The notes beneath the pieces were generated by a model. It was not told the DNA's origin. It did no database searches and saw only the letters and a list, made by a program, of their open reading frames with translations. A DNA stretch of 63,442 bases, the filler included, from Octopus bimaculoides (taxonomy: Eukaryota): NCBI RefSeq assembly GCF_001194135.2. It is 6 parts of 6 records of this genome, joined end to end, with 100 filler letters (N's around TTAATTAATTAA, not from the genome) between each part and the next. Parts side by side here need not be neighbours in the genome. Positions count along the whole stretch, not along the records: positions 15,091 to 43,560 come from NC_068997.1; positions 43,661 to 50,851 come from NC_068996.1; 4 more parts are not named here. The stretch is one strand, 5' to 3'. Shown here piece after piece: positions 35,812 to 48,942 of the stretch. Made by a program: the position numbers and the translations under genes. The first letter of the stretch is position 1. Each line of letters opens with the position of its first letter.

Positions 35812-36120
35812 GAACACTCCGTCGGTTACGACGACGAGGGTCTCAGCTAATACGATCAACGGAACAGCCTGCTCATGAAATTAACGTGCAAGTGACTGAG
35901 CACTCCACAGACACGTGTACCCACCAAGGTAGTTCTCAGGGAGACTCAGCGTGACAAGGCCGGCCCTTTGAAAATACAGGTACTACTCATTTTTGCCAGC
36001 TGAGTGGACTGGAGCAACGTGAAATAAAGTGTCTTGCTCAAGGACACAACGCGTCGCTGGGAATCGAACTCACGACCTTACGTTCGTGAGCCGAATGCCC
36101 GAACCACTAAGCCACGTGCA
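35812..36120 (-). mobile_element. tRNA-derived SINE, head/body Y + tail Q
   Basis: gcacgtggcttagtggttcgggcattcgg...ttgtgtccttgagcaagacac...gctggcaaaaatgagta, then tail Q. A truncated plus-strand copy lies at 27066-27245. Confidence 0.8.
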
Positions 36121-36139
36121 TTCACTACACACACACATA

Positions 36140-36800
36140 TTCAGGGTCTTGCAGATAAATTGAGATAATTTTTACGATGCATAAAACTGGTTGTAAATAC
36201 GAAAGTAATCGTAGTAGATAGATATAATTTTATTGTAACATTTATTACAACATAAAATAATGGTAATAAATACAATTTTAATGTAATATTTATTACAACA
36301 AAAACATTTATCATTCAATAAGGTCGCCCTTTTGGGCAATTACTGTCTCCACGCGAAAGCGAAATTTTTTGCAGCTGCCGCAACCCCCATCTTTTCCACT
36401 TTGCGTGTGGCACGCACGATGCACGTCTTAAAACGGTTGCCACTCGAGTGCGGTCTTTGCTTGAAGTACGCCCCATAAACAAAGTAATCTAGAAGATTGA
36501 GATCTGGGCTATTACTGGGCTAGATATTGGCTCTCACAAAAAAATGGCACCTTCTCACCAAGGAAGCCCTGTGTTGCTTTTGACCCATGACATGGTGCAG
36601 AATCCTGGATATGCATCACATTGTCAAGCCCAAACTGGCTCCATTCAAGGTAACAGAGAATTCTTTAGGATGTCCAGATACTCCTTTGTGCCGATCTTCA
36701 AGCCAAACTCAATAAAGTGTGGGACCATGACACTTCCATCACTCGCCACGGCTCCAAATATCATCACAGTGGCGACGTCAGGAGCGTTTTATGCAATCAC
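36140..36800 (-). mobile_element. maT-like (D37D) Tc1/mariner transposase 3' fragment, pseudogenised
   Basis: VMIFGAVASDG...EYLDILKNSLLP*...QDSAPCHGSKATQGFL...*PSNSPDLNLLDYF. Spacing between the 2nd and 3rd Asp is 37 residues after correcting one extra T in a homopolymer. Confidence 0.75.
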
Positions 36801-37794
36801 TTGAGAATTTCTGCGATTCACCTCGGAGATATCTGGCCATGGTGTCACACTGAGATTGAACCGGGGACCACGCGCTTGCGAAACTTACTTCTTAACCACA
36901 CAGGCATACCTACTCTTTTACTCTTATATTTGTTTCAGTCCTTTGACTGCGGCCATGCTGGAGCAACGCCTTTAGTCGAACAAATCGATCCCAGAACTTA
37001 TTCTTTGTAAGCCTAGTATTTATTCTATCGGTCTCTTTTGCCGAACCGCTAGATTACGGGGACGTAAACACACCAGCATCGATTCTCAAGCAATGGTGGG
37101 GGGGGGGGACAAGCACAGACATACANNNNNNNNNNNNNNNNNNNNNNNNNNNNNNNNNNNNNNNNNNNNNNNNNNNNNNNNNNNNNNNNNNNNNNNNNNN
37201 NNNNNNNNNNNNNNNNNNNNNNNNNNNNNNNNNNNNNNNNNNNNNNNNNNNNNNNNNNNNNNNNNNNNNNNNNNNNNNNNNNNNNNNNNNNNNNNNNNNN
37301 NNNNNNNNNNNNNNNNNNNNNNNNNNNNNNNNNNNNNNNNNNNNNNNNNNNNNNNNNNNNNNNNNNNNNNNNNNNNNNNNNNNNNNNNNNNNNNNNNNNN
37401 NNNNNNNNNNNNNNNNNNNNNNNNNNNNNNNNNNNNNNNNNNNNNNNNNNNNNNNNNNNNNNNNNNNNNNNNNNNNNNNNNNNNNNNNNNNNNNNNNNNN
37501 NNNNNNNNNNNNNNNNNNNNNNNNNNNNNNNNNNNNNNNNNNNNNNNNNNNNNNNNNNNNNNNNNNNNNNNNNNNNNNNNNNNNNNNNNNNNNNNNNNNN
37601 NNNNNNNNNNNNNNNNNNNNNNNNNNNNNNNNNNNNNNNNNNNNNNNNNNNNNNNNNNNNNNNNNNNNNNNNNNNNNNNNNNNNNNNNNNNNNNNNNNNN
37701 NNNNNNNNNNNNNNNNNNNNNNNNNNNNNNNNNNNNNNNNNNNNNNNNNNNNNNNNNNNNNNNNNNNNNNNNNNNNNNNNNNNNNNNNNNNNNN

Positions 37795-37858
<64 letters not shown>

Positions 37859-38033
37859 ACGGATAGATAAACATAGACAGATAGAGAAATAGATAGATAG
37901 ACAGACAGATAGATAGATACAGAAACATACATTCATTGATAGAAAGATAGACTGACAGCGAAATAGATAGAGAGGTAGATAGATGGACATATGGATAAAT
38001 AGATAGATAACTAGCTAGATAGATAGATACTTA

Positions 38034-38405
38034 TGTTGTTGGCACTCCGTCGCTTACGACGTCGAGGGTTCCAGTTGATCCGATCAACGGAACAGCCTGC
38101 TCGTGAAATTAACGTGCAAGTGGCTGAGCACTCCACAGATACGTGTACCCTTAACGTAGTTCTCGGTCGGGGATATTCAGCATGACACAGTGTGACCCTT
38201 TGAATTACAGGCACAACAGAAAGTAAGAGTGAGAGAAGGTTGTGGTGAGAGAGTACAGCAGGATTCGCCACCACCCCCTGCCGGAGCCTCGTGGAGCTTT
38301 AGGTGTTTTCGCTCAATAAACACTCACAACGCCCGGTCTGGGAATCGAAACCGCGATCCTATGACCGCGAGTCCGCTGCCCTAACCACTGGGCTATTGCG
38401 CCTCC
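38034..38405 (-). mobile_element. tRNA-derived SINE, head/body X + tail Q
   Basis: Near-consensus copy of the 34224 element. Confidence 0.85.
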
Positions 38406-38493
38406 ACGATAGATAGTTATAGACAATTATATACTACATAGATACAATGAGAGATAGACAGACAAACAGACAGACACATAAATAGATAGATAG

Positions 38494-38532
<39 letters not shown>

Positions 38533-39265
38533 GGGATGGTATTATTAAAATACCGTCACGAGTGGTAAGCGAATTATCAGCCGAACAGGCATATTATTAG
38601 AAATGGATTTTATGGATTACATTATCATATCTATCACTAAAGTCACGCGTTTGCAGAAAGTATGGCAGCATTTCTTCAGACTCCTTATGGTCTGTGTTAA
38701 ATCTACGCCGACGTCAACTTTGCGTTTCATCCTTTCGAGGTCGATAAATTAAGCTTGAACTGAGCACAGGGATCGACGTAATCGACTTGTATCCATCCCT
38801 CAAAAATTTCTGGCCTTATGCCCAAAGGTGAAGTAAAGTGAAATAGTCAGAACTGAAAATTGCAACTGCGTTGACCAAACGGTATTTTTTACTAAACAAG
38901 CCACCTTTTGCCTTACATTTGTAATTTATGTGTATTAATTTCAACCCATTAATATGAAGGAAGTGACTATGTCGAGCTGAATCAGACAACCTCAATGCAT
39001 ATCTTGTACTTATAGCTCAGACAAATAGAAATAAAGTGTACTTTATTGCAGGTACCACTCCAACTGCTTTTAGTATCAGAAGCATTGACATAATGATTAC
39101 AGATCCATGTTCTTATGCTTATCGATGACTTTAACCCTACCTCCCACCATTACAGTCACGACTGTCACCACCACCACCGTCATTGCTGTCGCCATACGTT
39201 TACTTTTCTTGATTTATAAACTGGTTTTACCTTTCGTTTCTCCCTCTCCGAGAAGCTATTATCTG

Positions 39266-39421
<156 letters not shown>

Positions 39422-39924
39422 TGTATATATACATATATACAAATATGTAGTAAGTAGTTTGCTTACCAACCACATGGTTCCGGGTTTAGTTCCATCGTTA
39501 GGAAGCGAAAAATAGCTGTATCTAGTGAGATGAAAACCGGAACAAGACAATAGACAAAGGAGCGATGTATGCGTTGTTCACCTCTATCCAAACTTTCATG
39601 GATCGTTTTCTCTTCTTAGCAAAATTTTTAGTAATACTGACCTCTGTGCTCATAATCGTCAATTTTCTATCTGTCTAGTGGTTCAACTCGATCCTTACTC
39701 CAGCAAACGTTGTTCTAATGACCCACGGTACTGACCAGCACTGACCAGCACAAACTCGCTTCTCTGAATGCCTAGTTAGAGGCCCATTGATTTATAAATG
39801 GTTTTACCTTTCGTTCCCCCTCCCCGAGCACCTATTATCTATACATACATACATACATACATACATACGTACATACACATATATATATATGCGTGTGTAT
39901 ATATATATATATATGATTGACCGA

Positions 39925-40098
39925 ACACTATTCAATTTTTTTTCTCCGTGTTTTTCTCCTTGTCTCCGTATTCTTTCTGTTGAAGAGCGTAGCTCGAAAC
40001 GTCAAAGACTTTCCGTATTCCCGAGCGTCATATTAATACATCCTTTTGTTATTTACACCACCTGTCCTCGTATGTTGTTGTTTTTTCGTACATTCTCC
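39925..40098 (+). mobile_element. Penelope-like terminal repeat family E; other copies at 11790-11945 (+) and 63369-63425 (-, partial)
   Basis: Shared gaagagc..gctcgaaacgt...cccgagcgt..taataca..ccttgttg block that carries a hammerhead-like core. The Penelope assignment is inferred from that motif. Confidence 0.55.
39972..40008 (+). ncRNA. Minimal type I hammerhead-ribozyme-like motif with an A6U core deviation
   Basis: Stem I tcttt/aaaga; core CUGUUGA plus an extra A; stem II GAGC-gua-GCUC; GAAAC; GUC cleavage triplet; palindromic ACGU stem III. Confidence 0.5.
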
Positions 40099-41199
40099 NN
40101 NNNNNNNNNNNNNNNNNNNNNNNNNNNNNNNNNNNNNNNNNNNNNNNNNNNNNNNNNNNNNNNNNNNNNNNNNNNNNNNNNNNNNNNNNNNNNNNNNNNN
40201 NNNNNNNNNNNNNNNNNNNNNNNNNNNNNNNNNNNNNNNNNNNNNNNNNNNNNNNNNNNNNNNNNNNNNNNNNNNNNNNNNNNNNNNNNNNNNNNNNNNN
40301 NNNNNNNNNNNNNNNNNNNNNNNNNNNNNNNNNNNNNNNNNNNNNNNNNNNNNNNNNNNNNNNNNNNNNNNNNNNNNNNNNNNNNNNNNNNNNNNNNNNN
40401 NNNNNNNNNNNNNNNNNNNNNNNNNNNNNNNNNNNNNNNNNNNNNNNNNNNNNNNNNNNNNNNNTATACATGCGCAGGTGTGGCCATAGGCTCAGGAGTG
40501 GCTGTGTGGTAAGTAGTTTGCTTACCAGCCACATGGTTCCGGGTTCAGTTCCATCGTTAAGAAACGAAAAATAGGTAAGCTCAGGAAGTGTTTGGTTTAA
40601 ACTGATAATTTGTTCCTCTTCTTTTGACCTTGCCAAAAATATAACAGCGACAACAACAGCATCCACGATAATAATAACAACAATAACAGCCACAATGAAA
40701 AAGCAGAATAACAGTAGGAGGAGTAGCAGTGACGAGTTACAACATCAACAGAAACAGCGAAAAACGGAAACGGCGCCATTGATAACAAGAACAGAGCAGC
40801 AACAACAACAATTACAACAAGATGAACAGTAACATGATCAACAAAAATAACGCTAGCAATAAGAACAACAATGCCAGCTACAACAGCAACAACAGAAGAT
40901 ACACCACCACCAACAACAACAACAACAAAAACAATAACATCATTAACGACGACAGCAGCAGTAGCAGCAGCAGCAACAGCAGCAGCAATTACACCAACGA
41001 AAACAACACAACCGACAACAGCAGCAACACCAACAGTTATTGTTGCTATGTTTTTAGTCCCAGGTCAATCCTGATTCAACAAACTTATGAAAGTCACTAC
41101 ATCGGGGGCTGATTTGAAGAAATTTGGTTGCTATTTCTAAAACATCGAGCGACCACATAGGAGCTAACTCACTGCCTTGGTGCCAACTTTTGTTGTTGT

Positions 41200-41830
41200 T
41201 TCTGGTGTTATAAGTTGTGGTGAGAGTGCACCCCGTGTTGTAACTGCTACTATTGCAGCATTTTCCCCTTCACTTTAAAATGGAAAATTATCAGATGCTT
41301 TGCGCTACCACAACTGTAGCATTTTGGTTTCCAAGCTTCCATTGTTATGGTCTCGAAGTAAACTGGGTCATGGATTCTCGTAAGACATGCAGGTATTGTT
41401 AGTAGCAGTAGTTCAAAGGATTCCTTTGATTAGTTCGTCTCGATCCTCGAAACCAGTTTCAGCTGTTGCAGGTTCAAATCCAGGGGAATCTCCGCGAGCC
41501 ACTCTAGCAGAGTGATCAATGTTGCTCCATTTCTGTTGCCTTTATATTACTTATATGTTATTTTAGAGATCCACTTCAATTTCTCATTTATGCGACATAG
41601 TGGCTGATCTAGGCCGCTGTGTCTTTCTTTTTAGGTTTGCCATGTGATGCTCTGTACATTTTGGCTTCATCTTTTTGTCTGTGGTTGTGTAAGGTCCTAC
41701 ACCACTTAGAGTTATTTGGAGACGACGCTCTAGTAAGCGATCTTTCTTCCAAGCTCTTTTAATAATTCCTCTCTTAGAAATGATATTAGACCTGGTGCCA
41801 CAATATTCCTTCCATACTTATGTCGCTGCT
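41200..41830 (-). mobile_element. Degenerate gag/ORF1-like fragment with a zinc-knuckle remnant
   Basis: Minus strand encodes KPKCYSCGSAKHLI (CX2CX4H; the final Cys is lost). Surrounding frames are broken. Confidence 0.35.
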
Positions 41831-42614
41831 CGATCTTCAATCACATAGGATGTTCATTTCAGGAGTAAACAATACTTTTTGTAAGGGACGGTTCTGTAGA
41901 GCAGAATTTCCTCCCTCCTTACGTTCTGAGTTCAAATTCCGCCTCGGTTGACTTTGCCTTTCATCGTTTCGGGGTCGATGAAAGAAACACCAGCTGAGCA
42001 CTAGAATCAATGTAATCGACTTATCCTGTCCCCCGTTATTGTTGGCCTTGTGCCAAAATTAAAGATTATTATTGACTGTGGTATTAATTGCGGAAGTGTT
42101 AAGGCTGTAGATCGGCCGAATCGTTAGAGCTTCGGATAAAATGGCTTGCTCTATGTAATTACAAACCTTTACGTTCTGAGGTCGAATCTCACTGAAGTTA
42201 TCGTTGCCTTACATTTTTTCCGGGATTGATGAAATAAAGTACCAGTATAGTACTGAGGATCAATACAACCAACTGTCCCACCCCTCCTCAAATTTCTGGT
42301 CTGTGTTCATATTAGAAATTTGACCAATTGTTGTTGTTACCGTTATTGTTCTGGTCATTGCTGTTGTTGTTGTTGTTGTTGCTGCGGCTGGTGTTTTTGA
42401 TGTTGGTGGTGATGGTGGCAGCGGTATTACTACCGCTACGACTGATTTCGGAGTGTGCAACATCCTTACAAGAAGAGACGTCACTTGGTGGACGTCGACG
42501 TCGGCTGCCGCGCTCTTGTCCCATATTGAAGGCAATCCTTGTTTGAAAACCTTATTTTGATTTGTTATGCATAGCAAAGGCGTTGCATAGTGTTGTTGTT
42601 GTTGTTGTTATTGC

Positions 42615-42645
<31 letters not shown>

Positions 42646-43072
42646 AGTACTTTTATTCATGTCGTTCAGATTTTCGTTTTCGAGTTCCAAGTTATGATTG
42701 CTTTTGTGTTTGTATCTTTGTTTCTTTGTGAATGTTTACCAATTTGTTTTTAAAGTTAGATTTCGTGTTTGTGGGGCAGGGTGTAACCAGTGCTACGTAG
42801 CTGTTTGCACTTTATCCTATTCCTCAAACAGAAGAAACCATATTGAAATAAATATAAACACACATACACACCAAAAACTATTTTCAGAAGGTGTTTAAAC
42901 GACAAACTTTATCCGCCCCTATTTAAAACCCCTTTTTTTTTTGTTTTGCCAAATAATCCGTCCCTCTCCACAAGCAAAAGAAAATGTTTATTTAATAAAA
43001 CGTGGAAATAATTCAGGTTTTACAGGGCGGTCTGAAAACACATCGGTTCAATTCAGATAATAATAATAATTA

Positions 43073-43128
<56 letters not shown>

Positions 43129-43660
43129 ATAATAATAATAATAATAATACTACTAATAATAATAATAATAATAATAATCCTTTCTAGTATAGGCATAAGG
43201 CCTGAAATTTCGGGGAAGGAAACTAGTCAATTACATCGACACCGGTGTTTCATTGGTATTTAATTTATCGGTCCCGAAGGGATGAAAAGCAAAGTCCACC
43301 TCGGCGAAATTTGAACTCAGAACGTTCCGAGTTCAAATTCCATCGAGGTTGGCTTCGCCTTTCATCCTTTCAGGGCCTTTAAAATAATTACCAGTTGATC
43401 ACTGGGGTCGATGTAATCGATTTCCTCCTCTTCCTCCTTCTCCACTTCTTACTCCTCCACTTCTTACTCCTCCACGTCCTCCTCCTCCTCCACTTCCTCC
43501 TCCTCCTCCTCCACTTCCTCCTCCTCCACTTCCTCCTCCTCCTCCACTTCCTCCTCCTCCNNNNNNNNNNNNNNNNNNNNNNNNNNNNNNNNNNNNNNNN
43601 NNNNTTAATTAATTAANNNNNNNNNNNNNNNNNNNNNNNNNNNNNNNNNNNNNNNNNNNN

Positions 43661-43688
<28 letters not shown>

Positions 43689-43691
<3 letters not shown>

Positions 43692-44112
43692 CGTGGTTCA
43701 TTGGACAGAAGCTTGCTTCCCAACCACATGGTTCCGGGGTCGGTCCCACTGCATTGCAACTTAGACACGTGTTTTCTACTATAACATTAAACTAACCAAA
43801 TCCTTATGAGTGTATTTCGTAGACGGAAACTGAAAGAAGCCCGTCGTAAATATATATATATATATGTCTATCTATCGAAATGTGTGTGTGTATGTGTGTG
43901 TGTCTTTGCGTTTGCGTCTGTCCGTACTTCCACCACCAGTTGAATAGTGGTGTTGTGTTTAAGTAACTTCTTGGTTTGGCAAAAGAGGCCGATAGTAGAA
44001 TAAGTACCAGGCTTAACAAAATTAATTACCGGGTCGATGTATTCGATCAAAAATTCTTCAAGGCAGTGCACCAAGATTGCCGCAGTCAAATGACTGAAAC
44101 AAGTAAAAGAAT
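43689..44112 (+). mobile_element. SINE family AB, full-length
   Basis: Head ggcgtggttcattggacagaagcttgcttcccaaccacatgg, internal (TA)/(TG) tract, tail ...ccgcagtcaaatgactgaaacaagtaaaag. Confidence 0.8.
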
Positions 44113-44149
44113 AAAAGACTAATATGTGTGTGTGTGTGATTGTGTGTGT

Positions 44150-44191
<42 letters not shown>

Positions 44192-44212
44192 NNNNNNNNN
44201 NATTGTGTGTGT

Positions 44213-44269
<57 letters not shown>

Positions 44270-44274
44270 TAGTC

Positions 44275-44855
44275 TTTCATCCTTTTACTTGTTTCAGTCA
44301 TTTGACTGCAGCCATGCTGGTTTTAACTTAGTACTTATTCTATCAGTTTCTTTTGCCGAACGCTAAGTTACAGGGGCATAAACACCCCAACATCGGTTGC
44401 CAAGCGATGAGGTGTGGGGAAAACCCGAAACAATGACACACATATACACAGTTTCACACACACACACACATGCTATGGACTTCTTGGATCTGTTCACTTT
44501 CATCGGCAGATCTAGAAATTAATTTTTCTGTAAGTAAACACTTTCAAACTTCAGACACTGGTAGAATGTGTCATATAAAACATCTTTTACTCTTAGTGTT
44601 GTTGAGAAAAGTTTCTATTTACGAAGTTATTTCGTGTTAAAATTGTCGTATTTCGGTAATTTCAATCAATCAATGACGTGTATTCAGCTGAATAAAACTA
44701 CTGCTGTTGTTTGTTAACAACTGCCGATGAAAGTGAAACGATCCGGCTTCTTTCAGTTTCCGTCTACCAAATCCACCCACAAGGCTTTGGTCAGTCCGAG
44801 GCTATACTGGAAGACATTTACCCGAGGTGCCACGCATGGGACTGAATCCGGACGC
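44275..44855 (-). mobile_element. SINE family AB interrupted by a GGATC-type MITE
   Basis: 3' half at 44275-44470 and 5' half at 44745-44855, with a 259-bp TIR element between them. Confidence 0.75.
44486..44744. mobile_element. 259-bp MITE with GGATC termini and an 8-bp TSD, related to 34889-35628
   Basis: 24-bp TIRs (22/24 match): ggatctgttcactttcatcggcag / ctgccgatgaaagtgaaacgatcc. TSD gacttctt / ggcttctt. The interior resembles the reverse complement of 35425-35600. Confidence 0.85.
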
Positions 44856-45584
44856 ATCTAAGAATGTATGTGACTCTACGAGAAGATATATGATCATATG
44901 TTACTCTTAAGTTTTTTTTTATTTATTTAATAGCCACTAATGATTTCTACTCTATAGATATAAGGTTCCATGCTCACCGAAGAATGTGACTGTTATATTT
45001 GAATTGTTAGCTGACCCAAAAGTATATTTCTTGGGTGTCGTAATGTTTTGGCACTTTATGAGTTTACTGTGGTCGTCACCCGGTTAATTTAAAAGTTTAA
45101 TTTATTATTCAAAAGACGTTTCTCTTCTGGCTGTTTCTTTAAACAATATCTCTTACTTTTTCTCATTTTTTTTCTTTTTTGAACAACTGTTCGTTTAAAA
45201 TTCTCCGTAAAGTAAAGTACTTTTGGTGTTCACATAATAGGTTACTATTTCTATTGCCTACAAAGTGACTGATTTATGATTGTTTCTGCCCTTTTTAGAC
45301 ACTAGTTATGTTTGGAGATGTCGCAGAACCTCTGTTGTGCCAGATTCTCAAAAAGCAAATATTCTATGTAGACTTGCTTTGCATATACGTTTAAACAAAT
45401 TTTATATAGTATTTCGATCACTACCGCTAAATGGCTGTGTAAGGTACATAATATGTAATGAATTTAATGTATTGGAAATACGTCTGAAATCTGCATGAAA
45501 TTTTCTCATGAATCCGTTTAATTTTATTTCATGCAGGTATACACTTGCGATAATAGATAAGAAACTATTGTGAACGTTAAGGAT

Positions 45585-45965
45585 GGTAAGAAGCTTGCTT
45601 CTTATCAACCGCATGGTTTCGGGTTCAGTTCCGCCGCCTGGCATATTGGGCAAATGTTTTCTACTACAGCCTCGAGCCGACCAAAGTGTTGAGTTGATTT
45701 GGTAGACGGAAACTGAAAGAAGCATGCCGTATACAGATTGTGTATGTTTGTGTATCAATGAGTGTTTCTTTGTATCTGGGTTTGTTTCCCCCATCACCGT
45801 TTGACAACCGATGGTGATGTGTTTTCGTCCCTGTTACTTAGCAGTATGGCAAAAGTCCCCGATGGAATGAGTACTAGGATTAAGAAATAAGTCCTGGGTG
45901 AATTTGTTCAACTGAAACCCTCCAAGGTGGTGCTCCAGAATGGATGTAGTCAAATGACTAACATA
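45585..45965 (+). mobile_element. SINE family AB, diverged full-length copy
   Basis: Both halves recognisable. Further half or partial copies lie near 31590-31765, 36920-37125, 39445-39500, 40474-40560, 47285-47340, 55925-56075, 59215-59385, 61905-62035, 62350-62455 and 62885-63080. Confidence 0.7.
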
Positions 45966-46135
45966 GCTAAAAGAATATGATAGGAAATTTCTTACTATAT
46001 TGAGTGTTTTGTTTTAAACGTTTGCCTGGACTGCAATATTTCTGTTTTTATGTTCTTGCTTCTGTTCTCACGCTCTTTGCCCTTGTTATTTGTTCCAGTT
46101 TCTCTGGAAGTCCAGAGAGACCACCAATATGTGTA

Positions 46136-46186
<51 letters not shown>

Positions 46187-46654
46187 TCTGTATGTGTGTG
46201 CGTTTGTTTGTGCAGCGTGCATGTTTTTGTGTGTGTGCGCGAATATATTAGCTAGTTAGAGAATATATTAGCTATTTCCTTTTAGCATTATAAAATATTA
46301 ATTGATAATTGGTTTGTTCTCTCTTTAATCATAGTTGCAATTAGATCTTAACACGGTCTAGTTTTTTTTTATTATTTAGACATAATTAATTCTCGATAAA
46401 TGAGTGGTAATTTAATTCTGTGCTGGTTAATTAAATCTTTAAATGCATAAATGTTAGTGGGAGCCTGTCTATGTGGCTAGTCATTACTAGTTTGTACTTT
46501 CTGTACAGCCTTGTGTGAATGTTTTTTTGTTCTTTGTTCTTTGTCGGATCCACATTGTAAAAAGAAGTTTACAATTTCACACTTCATGTCTCGATAGTAG
46601 TTTATCACCTTCGTACTAAATAAAGTTTGGCATTCCCTGCTTAATAGGTATTCT

Positions 46655-46865
46655 TTTCTACTCTAGGCACAAGCCCCGAAATTTTGGGGTTGGGGCCAGT
46701 AGATTAGATCGACCCCAGTACTCAACTGGTATTTAAATTATCGACGCTGAAAAGATGAAAGCAAAGTCGACCTCGTCGGAAATTGAACTCAGAACGTAAA
46801 GACAGACGAAATACCGCTAAGCATTATGTCCGGCGTGTTAACGTTTCTGCCAGCTCACCACCTTC
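46655..46865 (-). mobile_element. SINE family C
   Basis: Reverse complement of the family C consensus. Confidence 0.75.
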
Positions 46866-48883
46866 CCTGTTTAATAGGTATTAATCACCAACGGGCAACG
46901 AGATACGCTATATGAAATGTGTATTTTGGTATTTTATTTGGTTGTGGTGAAAATGCTTCGTTTTTTTTTTTTTTCAAAAGTAATATAGTAACCAGAACGA
47001 TATAAATGTATTAGTTCACCTTGAATTTTCATTTTACTTTAAAACCTTCATTAAAATTTTATATGGTCAATGCCATAATGAGAATCAAAAATATGGAATC
47101 ACTCAGTGATTATTGGAGTTGTCGTCTAACTCCAAGTTATCCTTGATAGAGCTGATATATCTATGATCTATGATCCATGACCAATCTGGTCATAAGTACA
47201 GGGTTCTGGAATTATCAACGTTATTCAATGCGTTCATTAATAAGATTTTATTTGATGTTGGTAAAACATTTCGCTGCTATATATGCGCAGGTGTGACTGC
47301 GTGGTTAAAACTTTGCTTTCCAACCACATGGTTCCGAAATCAGCCCCCCTCCATGCCTATTAGAGACTTGTAAATGGATTTTCATGGGTATAAGGTTAAC
47401 TAAATTTTTATTCACTCAAATGTCTTGTTCGAGTACATGCAAATCGCTAAGTATGTTTTCCCGTTGTTTTGAGTTTTAACTGCCAAATTTAGCATGTAAG
47501 AAATCTACATGGTGGTTTTCCGTCCGTATATATGTCATACACTATTATATATTGAAATATTTATGTCTTCTTACTTTTATCACACATGCTAACCACTGGT
47601 ATCAATTATTTAATCATTTTTACCCTTGTGTTTATAAAGTAGTATATATATANNNNNNNNNNNNNNNNNNNNNNNNNNNNNNNNNNNNNNNNNNNNNNNN
47701 NNNNNNNNNNNNNNNNNNNNNNNNNNNNNNNNNNNNNNNNNNNNNNNNNNNNNNNNNNNNNNNNNNNNNNNNNNNNNNNNNNNNNNNNNNNNNNNNNNNN
47801 NNNNNNNNNNNNNNNNNNNNNNNNNNNNNNNNNNNNNNNNNNNNNNNNNNNNNNNNNNNNNNNNNNNNNNNNNNNNNNNNNNNNNNNNNNNNNNNNNNNN
47901 NNNNNNNNNNNNNNNNNNNNNNNNNNNNNNNNNNNNNNNNNNNNNNNNNNNNNNNNNNNNNNNNNNNNNNNNNNNNNNNNNNNNNNNNNNNNNNNNNNNN
48001 NNNNNNNNNNNNNNNNNNNNNNNNNNNNNNNNNNNNNNNNNNNNNNNNNNNNNNNNNNNNNNNNNNNNNNNNNNNNNNNNNNNNNNNNNNNNNNNNNNNN
48101 NNNNNNNNNNNNNNNNNNNNNNNNNNNNNNNNNNNNNNNNNNNNNNNNNNNNNNNNNNNNNNNNNNNNNNNNNNNNNNNNNNNNNNNNNNNNNNNNNNNN
48201 NNNNNNNNNNNNNNNNNNNNNNNNNNNNNNNNNNNNNNNNNNNNNNNTATAACTAAAACAAGAACATTCTGCTATGATATTAATATATTAAGATATATTA
48301 AACACATTATAGTATGAGTGGCTCGGTAGCTATTAAAAATCCAAAAGGAATTAATAAATAAAAGGTGCGAAATAGCTCCAGTGATTGCTAAAAATAAAAG
48401 TGAAAAATTAACTCTGAAAGCTACAAAAAACATTTACGAGAACCGAGCACATCAAACTAAAACGCTTTTTCACTTGTGAAATAGACTCATAAAAAGAAAA
48501 GCTGGACAATGCTTTATCATGCGATTTTGAAATTTAAACAATAAGGTTTTGCTTCTCTTTAGAAGCATCTACCAACTACTAGGGGTTAAATAAATAGTTT
48601 GCTTCGTAATAGTAAATGAGAATAGGAAACCGTTGATAAACTGCGCCAAATTCAAACGGTTAGAGTGTATGTTATCAATACAGGGTGCGCAGATGTGTGT
48701 GTCTATGTCCTCGTAACCTAGTGGTTCAGCAAAAAGAGACTCATAGATTAGGCTTCAAAGTATTGGGGTCGCTTCCTACGACTAAAATTCTTGAAAGCAA
48801 TACCAGGATGACTGCAGTCATATGATTGTAACAAGTAAAAGATAAAAGATAGTATATGTATACACACGTGTGCGTGTGCACAC

Positions 48884-48942
<59 letters not shown>

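Noticed and set aside
45280-45498. 72-aa ORF after an acceptor-like ttgtttctgccctttttag
   Set aside because: No recognisable homology, no convincing donor, and no partner exons.
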